Notes under the pieces: model-generated
What the model saw: only the letters and a program-made list of their open reading frames with translations
What the model was told of the DNA's origin: nothing
Databases searched by the model: none
Assembly: GCA_965206885.1 (NCBI GenBank)
Contig: CBDBLJ010000002.1
Span: forward strand, 18,459-82,458
Direction of reading: 5' to 3'
Source: Amylibacter sp.
GTDB taxonomy: Bacteria; Pseudomonadota; Alphaproteobacteria; Rhodobacterales; Rhodobacteraceae
DNA length: 64,000 nucleotides
Part shown: positions 10,937 through 19,700 of the stretch, piece by piece
Numbering within the stretch: the first letter of the stretch is position 1
Layout: every line of letters begins with the position of its first letter
Position numbers and translations under genes: made by a program

Positions 10937-11539
10937 CTAAACGCCTGCAGGATTTTCTACATCGGCACCAAGTGCTTTCAAATCTTGATAGCGATCGCCA
11001 ATGCGGTGATGCGGCCTGCCGCTGGTTGCAGCACCAAAGGCCACCACCAACTCATCGGGGCCTGGTGCGTCGTAGATCGAAAATTGTACGGTGTGGTAGT
11101 GCGAACGACGCCCCGTATCATTTTTATCCATCAATGGAATTTGGAGCTGGGTATTTGCAGGGCCGCGTGTGTTGGTGAAGCCTAAATAGCCTTTTGCCTC
11201 GACAGCCTCACGGTAGAAATTACCATAAAACAGTGTGTGAATCAGTGCTGATGAATGCTCTATCTCGCAATTCACACCTGACATACAAGCTTTGCCAAAA
11301 GCTTCAATCTTTTCCCCTGACCCTGCAAGATCGATGATGCGGTCCGTTAACAGCTTACCCAATTGAGGGCCGTAATGTTGAATCTCAGGCGTCAAATCTT
11401 CGACATACCCGCGACCAGCCCATGGGTTTTTCACAACAGCAGCCACACCGATCATGCGTAAGATCGGATCGGCGGCTTTACCGCCTTCGACATGAATATC
11501 TTCGTCAAAGGTGACAACTTTTCTTATAATGGATTCCAT
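10937..11539 (-). CDS. Amino-acid-synthesis (AA_synth/DUF1185) family protein of unknown function
   Basis: AAVVKNPWAGRG...EAFGKA...GxxxEIEH.SAL.H...DAPGPDELVV pattern recognised from this family. Confidence 0.75.
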   Translation of the reverse strand: MESIIRKVVTFDEDIHVEGGKAADPILRMIGVAAVVKNPWAGRGYVEDLTPEIQHYGPQLGKLLTDRIIDLAGSGEKIEAFGKACMSGVNCEIEHSSALIHTLFYGNFYREAVEAKGYLGFTNTRGPANTQLQIPLMDKNDTGRRSHYHTVQFSIYDAPGPDELVVAFGAATSGRPHHRIGDRYQDLKALGADVENPAGV

Positions 11540-11552
11540 ATTTATGTCTCTC

Positions 11553-13193
11553 TCACTTGTTTTTTTCATTTGTTTTCTCGCGGGGCATCAGACCTCTGGC
11601 GATGATTTCAGCCTGCATTTCTGCGGCCCCTTCGAATATATTTAGGATACGCGCATCACATAAAACGCGTGAAATTGGTGTCTCAATCGCATACCCATTG
11701 CCGCCATGGATTTGCAACGCATTGTCGGCCGCAGACCAAGCAAGGCGCGCTGCAAGCAATTTTGCCATGCCTGCTTCAACATCACACCGCCCGCCTTGGT
11801 CTTTTTTTCTAGCCGCCATATAGGTGAGCTGCCGCACGCCCATAATTTCGACAACCATCCGCGCAAGTTTTCCGTAAATGCGTTCAAATTCGATTATTGG
11901 TTTGCCAAATTGCATACGGTTTTGCGCATATTCAAAGCCAAGTTCCAAAGCACTCGTTGCCGTGCCTAATGCGCGCGCCGCTGTTTGTATCCGCGCACTT
12001 TCAAAGGTTTGCATCAACTGTCGAAAGCCCTGTCCTTCTTCGCCCAAGACTGACGTTTCAGGTACCTTAAAATCATCAAAGGCAATATCGTATTCTTTCA
12101 TCCCACGATATCCGATGACGGGTATTTCACCACCCGTTATACCTTCATCAGGAAAGGGATCCGCATCGCTGCCACGTGTTTTTTCAGCTAAGAACATGGT
12201 TAAGCCCTGATGGCCTAATTCGTCTGGATTGGATCTGGCCAGAAGTGTCATAAGATCAGAGCGGCTGCCGTGTGTTATCCATGTTTTATTGCCGGTGACT
12301 ATATACTCATCACCATCGCGACGGGCGCGGGTTGATAGTTTTGCAAGATCAGACCCCGTGTTAGGCTCTGTGAAAACAGCAACTGGTAAAATATCCCCAG
12401 ATGCAATGCGCGGCAGATACTTTTGTTTTTGCTCTTCTGTGCCGCTTTTTTGAATAAGTTCGCCCGCAATTTCAGAGCGGGTTCCAAGACTGCCGACGCC
12501 CAGATATCCACTGGACAACTCTTCGGTCACGACACACATTGCAAGTTTTCCAAGCCCTGTGCCACCATATTCTTCTGGGATTGTCAGGCCGAAAACGCCG
12601 ATATCTGCCAGTTTTTGCACAACGGCGTCAGGTATAAGGTCATCCGCCATGTGCCATTGATGCGCATGCGGGATAATTTCTTTGCGGGCGAACTCATGGA
12701 ACTGTTCTGCGATCATAGACAGTGTTTCATCCTGACCGCGTTTACCAAAGGATTGGCGCTGAACACATTCATCTATGATTTCGTTTGAAAGCCTAGCGAT
12801 ACCCCATTTGTTAAAGGCAGCGATGCTTGGATCATCCGAAAAAGATTTGACCAAGTCTTGGGCATCCATATCTTGCGGGCGAATAATCTCATCCTGGCTC
12901 ATCGCAATGCCATGTTGCAATTGCGTGAGGTACTCTGAAAATAATGCCGCCGCGATCAACTGTTCTTGGCGCAGGAACTGGCCTTGCGCTGTCAGGGTCT
13001 CTGACCACTCCAAAGTTGCCGCCAGTGTTTCTGAATAGGCCGACATCCATGCAAACCCATGGCGTATGAATTGACTTTCGGGCGGCAGGGTTTTCGATAT
13101 CACTCTATTTCGAACACTCTCAACATATGCTCGCGTCGATAAAACGGCATCCCGCATCGAAGTTTGCAACCCTTTTAAATCAACAGGTTCCAT
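11553..13193 (-). CDS. mcd: (2S)-methylsuccinyl-CoA dehydrogenase-like acyl-CoA dehydrogenase
   Basis: About 550 aa with the long N-terminal extension (HGFAWMSAYSETL) characteristic of Mcd; FTEPNTGSDL, GNKTWIT, GYRGMKEY and IFEGAAE motifs. Confidence 0.75.
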   Translation of the reverse strand: MEPVDLKGLQTSMRDAVLSTRAYVESVRNRVISKTLPPESQFIRHGFAWMSAYSETLAATLEWSETLTAQGQFLRQEQLIAAALFSEYLTQLQHGIAMSQDEIIRPQDMDAQDLVKSFSDDPSIAAFNKWGIARLSNEIIDECVQRQSFGKRGQDETLSMIAEQFHEFARKEIIPHAHQWHMADDLIPDAVVQKLADIGVFGLTIPEEYGGTGLGKLAMCVVTEELSSGYLGVGSLGTRSEIAGELIQKSGTEEQKQKYLPRIASGDILPVAVFTEPNTGSDLAKLSTRARRDGDEYIVTGNKTWITHGSRSDLMTLLARSNPDELGHQGLTMFLAEKTRGSDADPFPDEGITGGEIPVIGYRGMKEYDIAFDDFKVPETSVLGEEGQGFRQLMQTFESARIQTAARALGTATSALELGFEYAQNRMQFGKPIIEFERIYGKLARMVVEIMGVRQLTYMAARKKDQGGRCDVEAGMAKLLAARLAWSAADNALQIHGGNGYAIETPISRVLCDARILNIFEGAAEMQAEIIARGLMPREKTNEKNK

Positions 13194-13210
13194 TTCTTGT
13201 ACTTCCTTAT

Positions 13211-14056
13211 TTAACATGATGCACTTGCCGACAATCCAATATGGCCATCAGGTGTTCTAACCACTAATTCTAAGCTGCCATCTGGTTGTTTACGCCCTTC
13301 CAACTGAGTCTTTTCTCCTAAAAAAACGGGTGCTTCGGCCCTAAATGAAAAGGCTGTAAGTGGTGCCTTTAGCCAAAGGGTTGCGTAATGTGCCATCATA
13401 ATTGCGTTCAGCGGTGCATGAACCACGCGTTCGGGATAACCCTCAACATGCACTGCATAATCTTTATCGTAATGAATACGGTGAGAATTGAATGTCAGTG
13501 CAGAAAACCGAAACAACAAAACTTCATCAGCTGTAAAGCTCGTAGTGAAATCTGTCTGGTCAGTTGACTTTGTCATATCTCGATCAGGTCGCGCTCCACC
13601 CTCTGATTGCAAATACACTATGGATTGTTTTTCTGTGATTAGAGTACCTTGATGATCCGACAAATCTATATCAACCGTGACTAGATATAGCGTTCCACTT
13701 TTCCCCTCTTTCTTTTCAATTTTGGAAATAGTCTGCTTCTTGCGAACTTCCGAAGTAATAGAGATTTGTCGATGACATTGAATTTTTGACCCTGCAAACA
13801 TCCGCCTTTTGGCAGGCAAGTCAGGCATCAGAACACCCAATTTAGCGTGACCATCAATGCCAATATCTTGTGGTACGACAGCATCAAGATGATACATCCA
13901 ATGCCAAAGAGGTGGTAAAATATGATCTGGACATGAAACGCCGATCGAATTGGCGAGCATCGCAACTTTTTCAAGGCCAATAATTGCTGTGGCTTCTGTT
14001 GTCCGACCTGTCCAATATTTAATCTGTTGTTCAATCGTCACTGTTATTTGCTCCAT
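13211..14056 (-). CDS. meh: Mesaconyl-C4-CoA hydratase / itaconyl-CoA hydratase-like double-hotdog enzyme (start 14056 or GTG 14041)
   Basis: LPPLWHW, RRMFAGS and LLFRFSALTFNSHRIHYD..Y...EGYP..VVHAPL motifs. Confidence 0.8.
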   Translation of the reverse strand: MEQITVTIEQQIKYWTGRTTEATAIIGLEKVAMLANSIGVSCPDHILPPLWHWMYHLDAVVPQDIGIDGHAKLGVLMPDLPAKRRMFAGSKIQCHRQISITSEVRKKQTISKIEKKEGKSGTLYLVTVDIDLSDHQGTLITEKQSIVYLQSEGGARPDRDMTKSTDQTDFTTSFTADEVLLFRFSALTFNSHRIHYDKDYAVHVEGYPERVVHAPLNAIMMAHYATLWLKAPLTAFSFRAEAPVFLGEKTQLEGRKQPDGSLELVVRTPDGHIGLSASASC

Positions 14057-15215
14057 TTCCCAATACATCTTTAAGAACTGCATCCGTATCAGCACCAACA
14101 TGGGATGCAGGTCGCACAGGCTGGCGTTTTTGATTTACAAAATTCAAGGGAGAACCTGATGCACACATACGTCCAATACCGTTTTGTTCAATCTCTTCAA
14201 ACATAGGGTTTTGCAGTGATGCACGGGGGTCACTCTGAACCATTTGTTGGAAACTTTGATAGGGTCCCCAAAGTATTTTGACGTCATCAAACAAATCTCC
14301 AATTTCCGCTAAAGTTTTATTTTGAGACCATTTACTCAGCTGGATAACAATCTCATCCCTCGCGTTATAACGCCCGGCATCACTGTATAGGTTAAGTCCC
14401 TTGCGTTTTTCAATTTCTGACATAGCATCTGCAGTGCCCGTGATTTCCACAAGCGATTTCCAATGTCGGTTTGTCAGAGCTACCAGCATAAGTTGGCGGC
14501 CATCTGAAGTGGGAAGATTGTGACCAAAAGCGCCGTATAAATGGTTGCCAATTGCAGGGCGATCCCGTTGCATAATTTCAGCTTCGCCCATGAAACCCAG
14601 ATTGGAAACCAACGAGTAAGCCACATCTGATAACGCAAGCGTCACATGCTGACCTTCTCCTGTTCTACTGCGATGTCGTTCCGCCGCAAGAATAGCCATT
14701 GCAAGCGTCATTCCCGCGATAGCATCCCACGCAGGGAACACACTATTTACAGGCTGATCCGCCGTAGCATTTCCCGTTGCAAACGGAATGCCCACGGCGC
14801 AATTGACTGTATAATCTACAGCTGCACTCCCATCATTGTGACCTGTCAAACTGACCATAATCAAATCGGGCCGCACTTTACGTAATTCTTCATAAGATAA
14901 CCATGATGGACCCGTTAAGTTGGTCAATAGAATGCCACCGTCTTCACATGAAGATGCTAATATTCTTCGGAAGATATCGCGCCCACCTTCTTGCTTCAAA
15001 TCAAGAGCAACGGATCGTTTACCTTTATTCAGCCCTGCCCAATACAGGCTTGTTCCATTTTTAGTTAGCGGCCATCGGTTATAATCCATCCCGCCACCTT
15101 CGGGGTCAACGCGGATAACTTCTGCACCTAATTGGGACAACGTCAGCCCAGCAAAAGGCGCTGCAACAAAGGCGGATAATTCTAATATCCGCATTCCTGA
15201 CAAAATATCATACAT
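14031..15215 (-). CDS. mct: Mesaconyl-CoA C1-C4 CoA transferase (2-methylfumaryl-CoA isomerase), family III
   Basis: SAFVAAP..G.TL.QLGA.VIR.DP.GGG.DY.RWP...SL.WAGLNKGKRS, VDYTVN and PAWD closely match the recalled Chloroflexus Mct sequence. Confidence 0.8.
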   Translation of the reverse strand: MYDILSGMRILELSAFVAAPFAGLTLSQLGAEVIRVDPEGGGMDYNRWPLTKNGTSLYWAGLNKGKRSVALDLKQEGGRDIFRRILASSCEDGGILLTNLTGPSWLSYEELRKVRPDLIMVSLTGHNDGSAAVDYTVNCAVGIPFATGNATADQPVNSVFPAWDAIAGMTLAMAILAAERHRSRTGEGQHVTLALSDVAYSLVSNLGFMGEAEIMQRDRPAIGNHLYGAFGHNLPTSDGRQLMLVALTNRHWKSLVEITGTADAMSEIEKRKGLNLYSDAGRYNARDEIVIQLSKWSQNKTLAEIGDLFDDVKILWGPYQSFQQMVQSDPRASLQNPMFEEIEQNGIGRMCASGSPLNFVNQKRQPVRPASHVGADTDAVLKDVLGNGANNSDD

Positions 15216-17343
15216 GACTTGCTTTCGGTGTCAGGTCGACGGTACGTGTCTCTCCAGATGTTTCATCGCCATGATAAATAGAGAACCGTCCTTGTTTCAC
15301 TTCATTCACATAACGTCGCAACATAAAACGCGTGGCATCATCAGCTATACGCTCAAATGGAATATCTTCGATTGCGCAGAAATACATTCCCTCAGGTGCC
15401 TTACCACGTGCTTTGCCCCTGTAGTAAATCATGAACTTTCCCGAAGCTTTGTCATCATATGTAGAAAGCATAAAATCGAGGCTAGCGTCTAACTTATCAT
15501 TCTTTAGGTGCTTGGATAATGCAGTTGGCGTTGCTTCAATCCCAAAAATCTGGCTATTTGGCAATGTAAGAGTAGACGCAGTTTCATCACCACAAAACAA
15601 TAACTTTCCATCATTTTCCAGAACGGCACCAACCACTGCACCTGCAGTGCCTTTCGCCGCATTCAACAGTGTTTTGCCACCTTCCAATGAAAAGAACCCA
15701 CCATTGACATAACCAAGTGGTTGCCCCACTTCATATGTGTATTCTTGTACTTTACCGATAAGAATAATGTGATCACCTGCATCGATCACTTTCTCTCTGG
15801 TACATTCAAATTGGGATAACGATCCTTCAATCATTGGCATCCCAATGCTTCCCGTATCCCACCCTACATGTTCGAATTTATCGGCACGGGGTGCAGCAAA
15901 AACCCCTGCTGTATCTTTTTGATCCTCTGACAGGATATTCACAGCAAATCCCTTACTCGTTTCGAAAATTTGCAAACTTTCAGAGAACTTTCCAATACAT
16001 ACCAGAACCAATGGTGGGTCCAAAGAGACTGATGTAAACGAATTTGCCGTAAAACCGCGTGGTGTTCCATCTTCTTCAACCGTTGTCACGACCGTAACTC
16101 CTGTCGCGAAAGTTCCAAATGCATTCCGTAAATCACGCTGTTCTTCTTTGGAATAATGACGAACTTTGGAAGGCTTAAGATATGTGTCATTATCGCCGCC
16201 AAGTCGCGGCGGCGTCTGGGCAATCGGTGTCGGAGCATTGCTGAAATGTACGGGGTTGGCAGCAACGGTCCAAGGTTTTGCGCCCTCAACTGGATGTGCC
16301 ACTTCTGTTAACATACCACGGGCCAACACCTGTGGATCCGCAAAGATGTCTTGAACAGAATTTAATGGGCCAAAGGGCACCACGCCGCCCAACAAATCTG
16401 TAAGTTCTGCTTTGGAAAATTGCTTCGTCCAATCAGCCACAATCGCGTTCAGCTCTTTTGAATTGGCACTGCGAGCACCAATTGATGTAAATCGCGTATC
16501 GTCACGCAAATCTTGCATATTCATGACGCTCGTCAATGTCCGCCAAAAAGAGTCATCTACGATGCCAAGCGCCACTTGCCCATCTTTTGCAGGGAAAAGG
16601 CCAAATAATGCAAGTAGTGGATGACCGTTCCCTTGAGGACCAGGAATCGTGCCATCAAAATCATATTGGTAAATCGCACGCTCGCACATGCTCATCATTG
16701 CATCATACATTGCGACATCAACGAATTGTCCGCGACCTGTTGAATTAACCTGCCGCAAGGCGGCCATAATTCCAAAGGACATCATCATGCCCGTAAAAAT
16801 ATCCCCAATCCCTGGCCCTACTTTAGTAGGGGAATTCGCATCGGGCCCTGTTAACCCCATAATGCCACCCATTGCCTGGGCAACCACATCGTAGGATGGC
16901 CAGCTTTGGTAAGGGCTTTCCCCCGACCGTGGATCACCAAACCCACGGATCGCCGCATAAACCAATCTGGGGTTAATCTCTGCCAGAGTTTCATAGGACA
17001 AGCCAAGACGCTCCATGACACCCGGTCGAAAATTCTCAACAACGACATCCGCTGTTTCACAAAGCTCTAAAAAATTCTGTTTGCCTTCTTTGGATTTCAA
17101 ATCCAATTGGACACTTTTTTTACTTCGGTTCAGGCTTACAAAATAACCAGCCCATTCTTTATTCGGATCGTCATCACGAAAAGGTCCATTTGAACGGCTT
17201 GTATCGCCATTCTTACTTTCAATTTTAATAACCTCAGCACCATGGTCCGCCAGCATCATCGTGCAATACGGCCCAGACAACATACGACTTAAATCCAGCA
17301 CACGTAGGCCAGATAAAACCCCTTGTGTACGTGTATCATTCAT
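15208..17343 (-). CDS. Fusion of a CaiB/BaiF family III CoA-transferase, a flavin reductase and a C-terminal domain (about 711 aa)
   Basis: N-terminal LDLSRMLSGPYCTMMLADHGAEVIKIE...YDVVAQA; after about residue 400, RDLRNAFGTFATGVTVVT...GFTANSFTSVSLDPPLV...AGDHIILIG; no stop codon between the domains. Confidence 0.88.
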   Translation of the reverse strand: MNDTRTQGVLSGLRVLDLSRMLSGPYCTMMLADHGAEVIKIESKNGDTSRSNGPFRDDDPNKEWAGYFVSLNRSKKSVQLDLKSKEGKQNFLELCETADVVVENFRPGVMERLGLSYETLAEINPRLVYAAIRGFGDPRSGESPYQSWPSYDVVAQAMGGIMGLTGPDANSPTKVGPGIGDIFTGMMMSFGIMAALRQVNSTGRGQFVDVAMYDAMMSMCERAIYQYDFDGTIPGPQGNGHPLLALFGLFPAKDGQVALGIVDDSFWRTLTSVMNMQDLRDDTRFTSIGARSANSKELNAIVADWTKQFSKAELTDLLGGVVPFGPLNSVQDIFADPQVLARGMLTEVAHPVEGAKPWTVAANPVHFSNAPTPIAQTPPRLGGDNDTYLKPSKVRHYSKEEQRDLRNAFGTFATGVTVVTTVEEDGTPRGFTANSFTSVSLDPPLVLVCIGKFSESLQIFETSKGFAVNILSEDQKDTAGVFAAPRADKFEHVGWDTGSIGMPMIEGSLSQFECTREKVIDAGDHIILIGKVQEYTYEVGQPLGYVNGGFFSLEGGKTLLNAAKGTAGAVVGAVLENDGKLLFCGDETASTLTLPNSQIFGIEATPTALSKHLKNDKLDASLDFMLSTYDDKASGKFMIYYRGKARGKAPEGMYFCAIEDIPFERIADDATRFMLRRYVNEVKQGRFSIYHGDETSGETRTVDLTPKASHV

Positions 17344-18151
17344 CAGGCAAACCTTTTCCAAAAACTCTATTCAAGAATGTTAATATTGGAGCATTGACGG
17401 CATCAGGATTTTCCATAAGTGCCATATGCCGCAAACCTTTAAGAATCACAGCTTCAGCACTTTCAACTTCATCGGCTATAGCGTGTGTCATTTCAGGGCC
17501 ATTTCCATAATCTTCGTCTCCAGTCAAAACCAATGTCGGACAAGATATTGGTGGATTGGGGCATATTATTTCATCAACCCCTGCCGCCAAAACACGGTAA
17601 ACTGGAGGATAATTCTCAGGGTTATTTGACATAACCCATCCCCGAACCTGCTCCATTACATCAGGATGATCAGCTCTGTAGACATCCGTAAACCAACGCA
17701 CTAATGCGGCTTCCACTGTAGCAGAAGGTCCCTCTTTCGCTGCCAGTTCCACACGTTTGAGAATTGCCGATTGAGCATCATCACTCCGTTTATGTGGCGA
17801 GTTTAGGATCATAAGAGCAGTGGCCCGTGCAGGCGCATCTTGAGCAAAGCGCCGTGCAATCATCCCTCCTAACGAAAATCCAATAATAGCAGCATGATCA
17901 ATTTTACAATGATCCATTAATGTCTGCAATTGTGTCGAAAAAACTGATAGTGATGGTGTTGAATTTGGGGCTACAGCCTCGCCATGCCAATATAAATCAT
18001 ACGCAATAATATGATAGTGTTCCGCTAGCGCAGACACCTGTGATTTCCAAACATCTCGAACCAGTCCCAACCCGTGTATCAATACAACTGTTGGATTACC
18101 CTTATGACCAAATTGCTCAAATGCAGTACCGTCATTTGTCCACTCTAACAT
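17336..18151 (-). CDS. Alpha/beta-fold hydrolase (PcaD/RutD/TgnD-like)
   Basis: LIHGLG, nucleophile elbow GFSLGG, GDED acid region and C-terminal RHM histidine. Confidence 0.85.
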   Translation of the reverse strand: MLEWTNDGTAFEQFGHKGNPTVVLIHGLGLVRDVWKSQVSALAEHYHIIAYDLYWHGEAVAPNSTPSLSVFSTQLQTLMDHCKIDHAAIIGFSLGGMIARRFAQDAPARATALMILNSPHKRSDDAQSAILKRVELAAKEGPSATVEAALVRWFTDVYRADHPDVMEQVRGWVMSNNPENYPPVYRVLAAGVDEIICPNPPISCPTLVLTGDEDYGNGPEMTHAIADEVESAEAVILKGLRHMALMENPDAVNAPILTFLNRVFGKGLPDE

Positions 18152-18154
18152 GCC

Positions 18155-18553
18155 TTAGTCTTTCTTAATTGGGTTATATGCTACGACCTCTACTTCCACA
18201 CGAACATCAACTAATAGCTCACTGACAACAGCGGATCGTGCTGGTGGGTCTACGGGAAAATATTCACCATATACTTGATTAAACCCTGGAAAATCAGAGC
18301 GATCCCGCAGCCAAACCATTGCTTTAACGACACCGTCCATAGAACATTCGGCTAGCTTTAAAGTGTCGTGAATGGCGTCCAAGACCACTTTTGTTTGAGC
18401 TTGAATATCCCCTGACGTCATTGGCTCTCCATCTTGCATAGGGATCTGCCCCGTAAGATATAGGAAATCACCTGCCTGAATGGCGCGCGACAAGGATAAT
18501 GTTCGATTGTTGATCACGACAGGATCACCAATCACTTTTTTCTTTGGTGGCAT
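18155..18553 (-). CDS. RidA/YjgF family enamine-imine deaminase
   Basis: LYLTGQIP, FNQVYGEYF..DPPARSAV with the catalytic Arg present, VEVEVVA. Confidence 0.88.
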   Translation of the reverse strand: MPPKKKVIGDPVVINNRTLSLSRAIQAGDFLYLTGQIPMQDGEPMTSGDIQAQTKVVLDAIHDTLKLAECSMDGVVKAMVWLRDRSDFPGFNQVYGEYFPVDPPARSAVVSELLVDVRVEVEVVAYNPIKKD

Positions 18554-18608
18554 TAATTTTTCTCCCTATTTGATAGGCTATTTAATCTTTGAATTAACAA
18601 CAGAGGTA

Positions 18609-18631
18609 TTTTCGTCATCGTATGTCGAAAA
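18609..18631. promoter_or_regulatory. Candidate operator TTTTCGTCA-N5-TGTCGAAAA upstream of ridA
   Basis: Inverted repeat whose half-site recurs upstream of the SBP gene, cdhR and the ALDH operon. Confidence 0.5.
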
Positions 18632-18793
18632 ATTACACCTCATGATATTTAGTAATACATTTTTTAATTACTGGTCAAAGATGTTGTGCAAATTTCATGC
18701 ATACTGGCATCGTCATAATCCTAAATCTTATCCAAGAACTCTTGTAATTTATCACTCTCTTCTGGCCACATATTTGCGGTTTCCTTCGTACTA

Positions 18794-19674
18794 TAGCCTG
18801 ACGACTCAACTTTGATTCCACTTTTGATTGGAGAATATCTGTTCAGCGGTTTCTCCTGTTTTTCGCCTATGGGCTTTAGCTTGCGCCCATGTATGTTCAA
18901 TTGGGTTATAATCGGGGCTATATGCAGGTAGATATTCAAGGATATGTTCTGCATCCGTGATGATTTTTATTGTGTCGCTACGTCTGTGAAAGCTGGCTCT
19001 GTCCATTACAAGTACTGATCCTTTGGAAAGGACTGGAATGAGCTGATCTTTGAGCCAAAGATTGAAGATATCCGCGTCAACATTACATGCTGTCAGGCCA
19101 ACAGTTAACAAGGTGCCAGCCAAAAGCGCTCCAATAACATTGATCCTCCCTTTCGCCTGCCAATCGTGAACACCCACACAGCGTTTTCCGCGCGGGGCAT
19201 AACCATGGGTGCGTGGCATGTCATGCGCAAAACCACTTTCATCAATATATACAATGGCTTTACCTGCAGCCTCATGGGCCGCTAACCTCTCTTGAAAGGA
19301 CTGCCTGTCGTCGTCGTTTGCCTTGGGGTGCCGCATGGCTTTTTTTATATGTGATCTTCAATTTCTTAAGGGCTTGCCAAATTGCCTTTGGGCAAACATC
19401 AAAACGGTCAGCACGTTCATACTGATAAGCATCAGGATATTTTTCAACATCCTGTGCTAGCTTTTTAAGATCTATTTTACGTATCTTTTTGCGTTCATGC
19501 TGTTTGGGTTCAACCCGTTTAGACCATCGCTTCACCGAGGCTACACCCACGGAGAAACGCTCTGCGACCCGAGCAAAACTCAAGCACTCTTGTTCTTTTA
19601 TCCGCAAAACATGGCGGCGAAATTTAATTGGATGTGTCATGTAACCATAGTATCATAATATTGTCGCTAGGCTA
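18794..19674 (-). mobile_element. IS630-family insertion sequence, 881 bp, intergenic
   Basis: IRs TAGCCTGACGAC / TAGCCTAGCGAC; TA duplication (18792..18793 and 19675..19676) at a CTAG target. Confidence 0.9.
18806..19640 (-). CDS. IS630 transposase encoded in two overlapping frames joined at an A7 run
   Basis: HTH-bearing orfA 19272..19640; orfB with YIDESGF, VMDRASFH and YSPDYNPIE; A7 run at 19340..19346. Confidence 0.85.
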
Positions 19675-19700
19675 TAGGAAAGCTTTCACTTACTGTCGCA

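Noticed and set aside
10060-15215. Autotrophic 3-hydroxypropionate bi-cycle
   Set aside because: No malonyl-CoA reductase, propionyl-CoA synthase or mch in the window; the context is catabolic.
18721-18954. 77-aa ORF and a 16-codon ORF (MWPEESDKLQEFLDKI) beside IS630
   Set aside because: The longer ORF is mostly IS sequence; the short one has a possible RBS but no recognisable homology, so it is unsupported.
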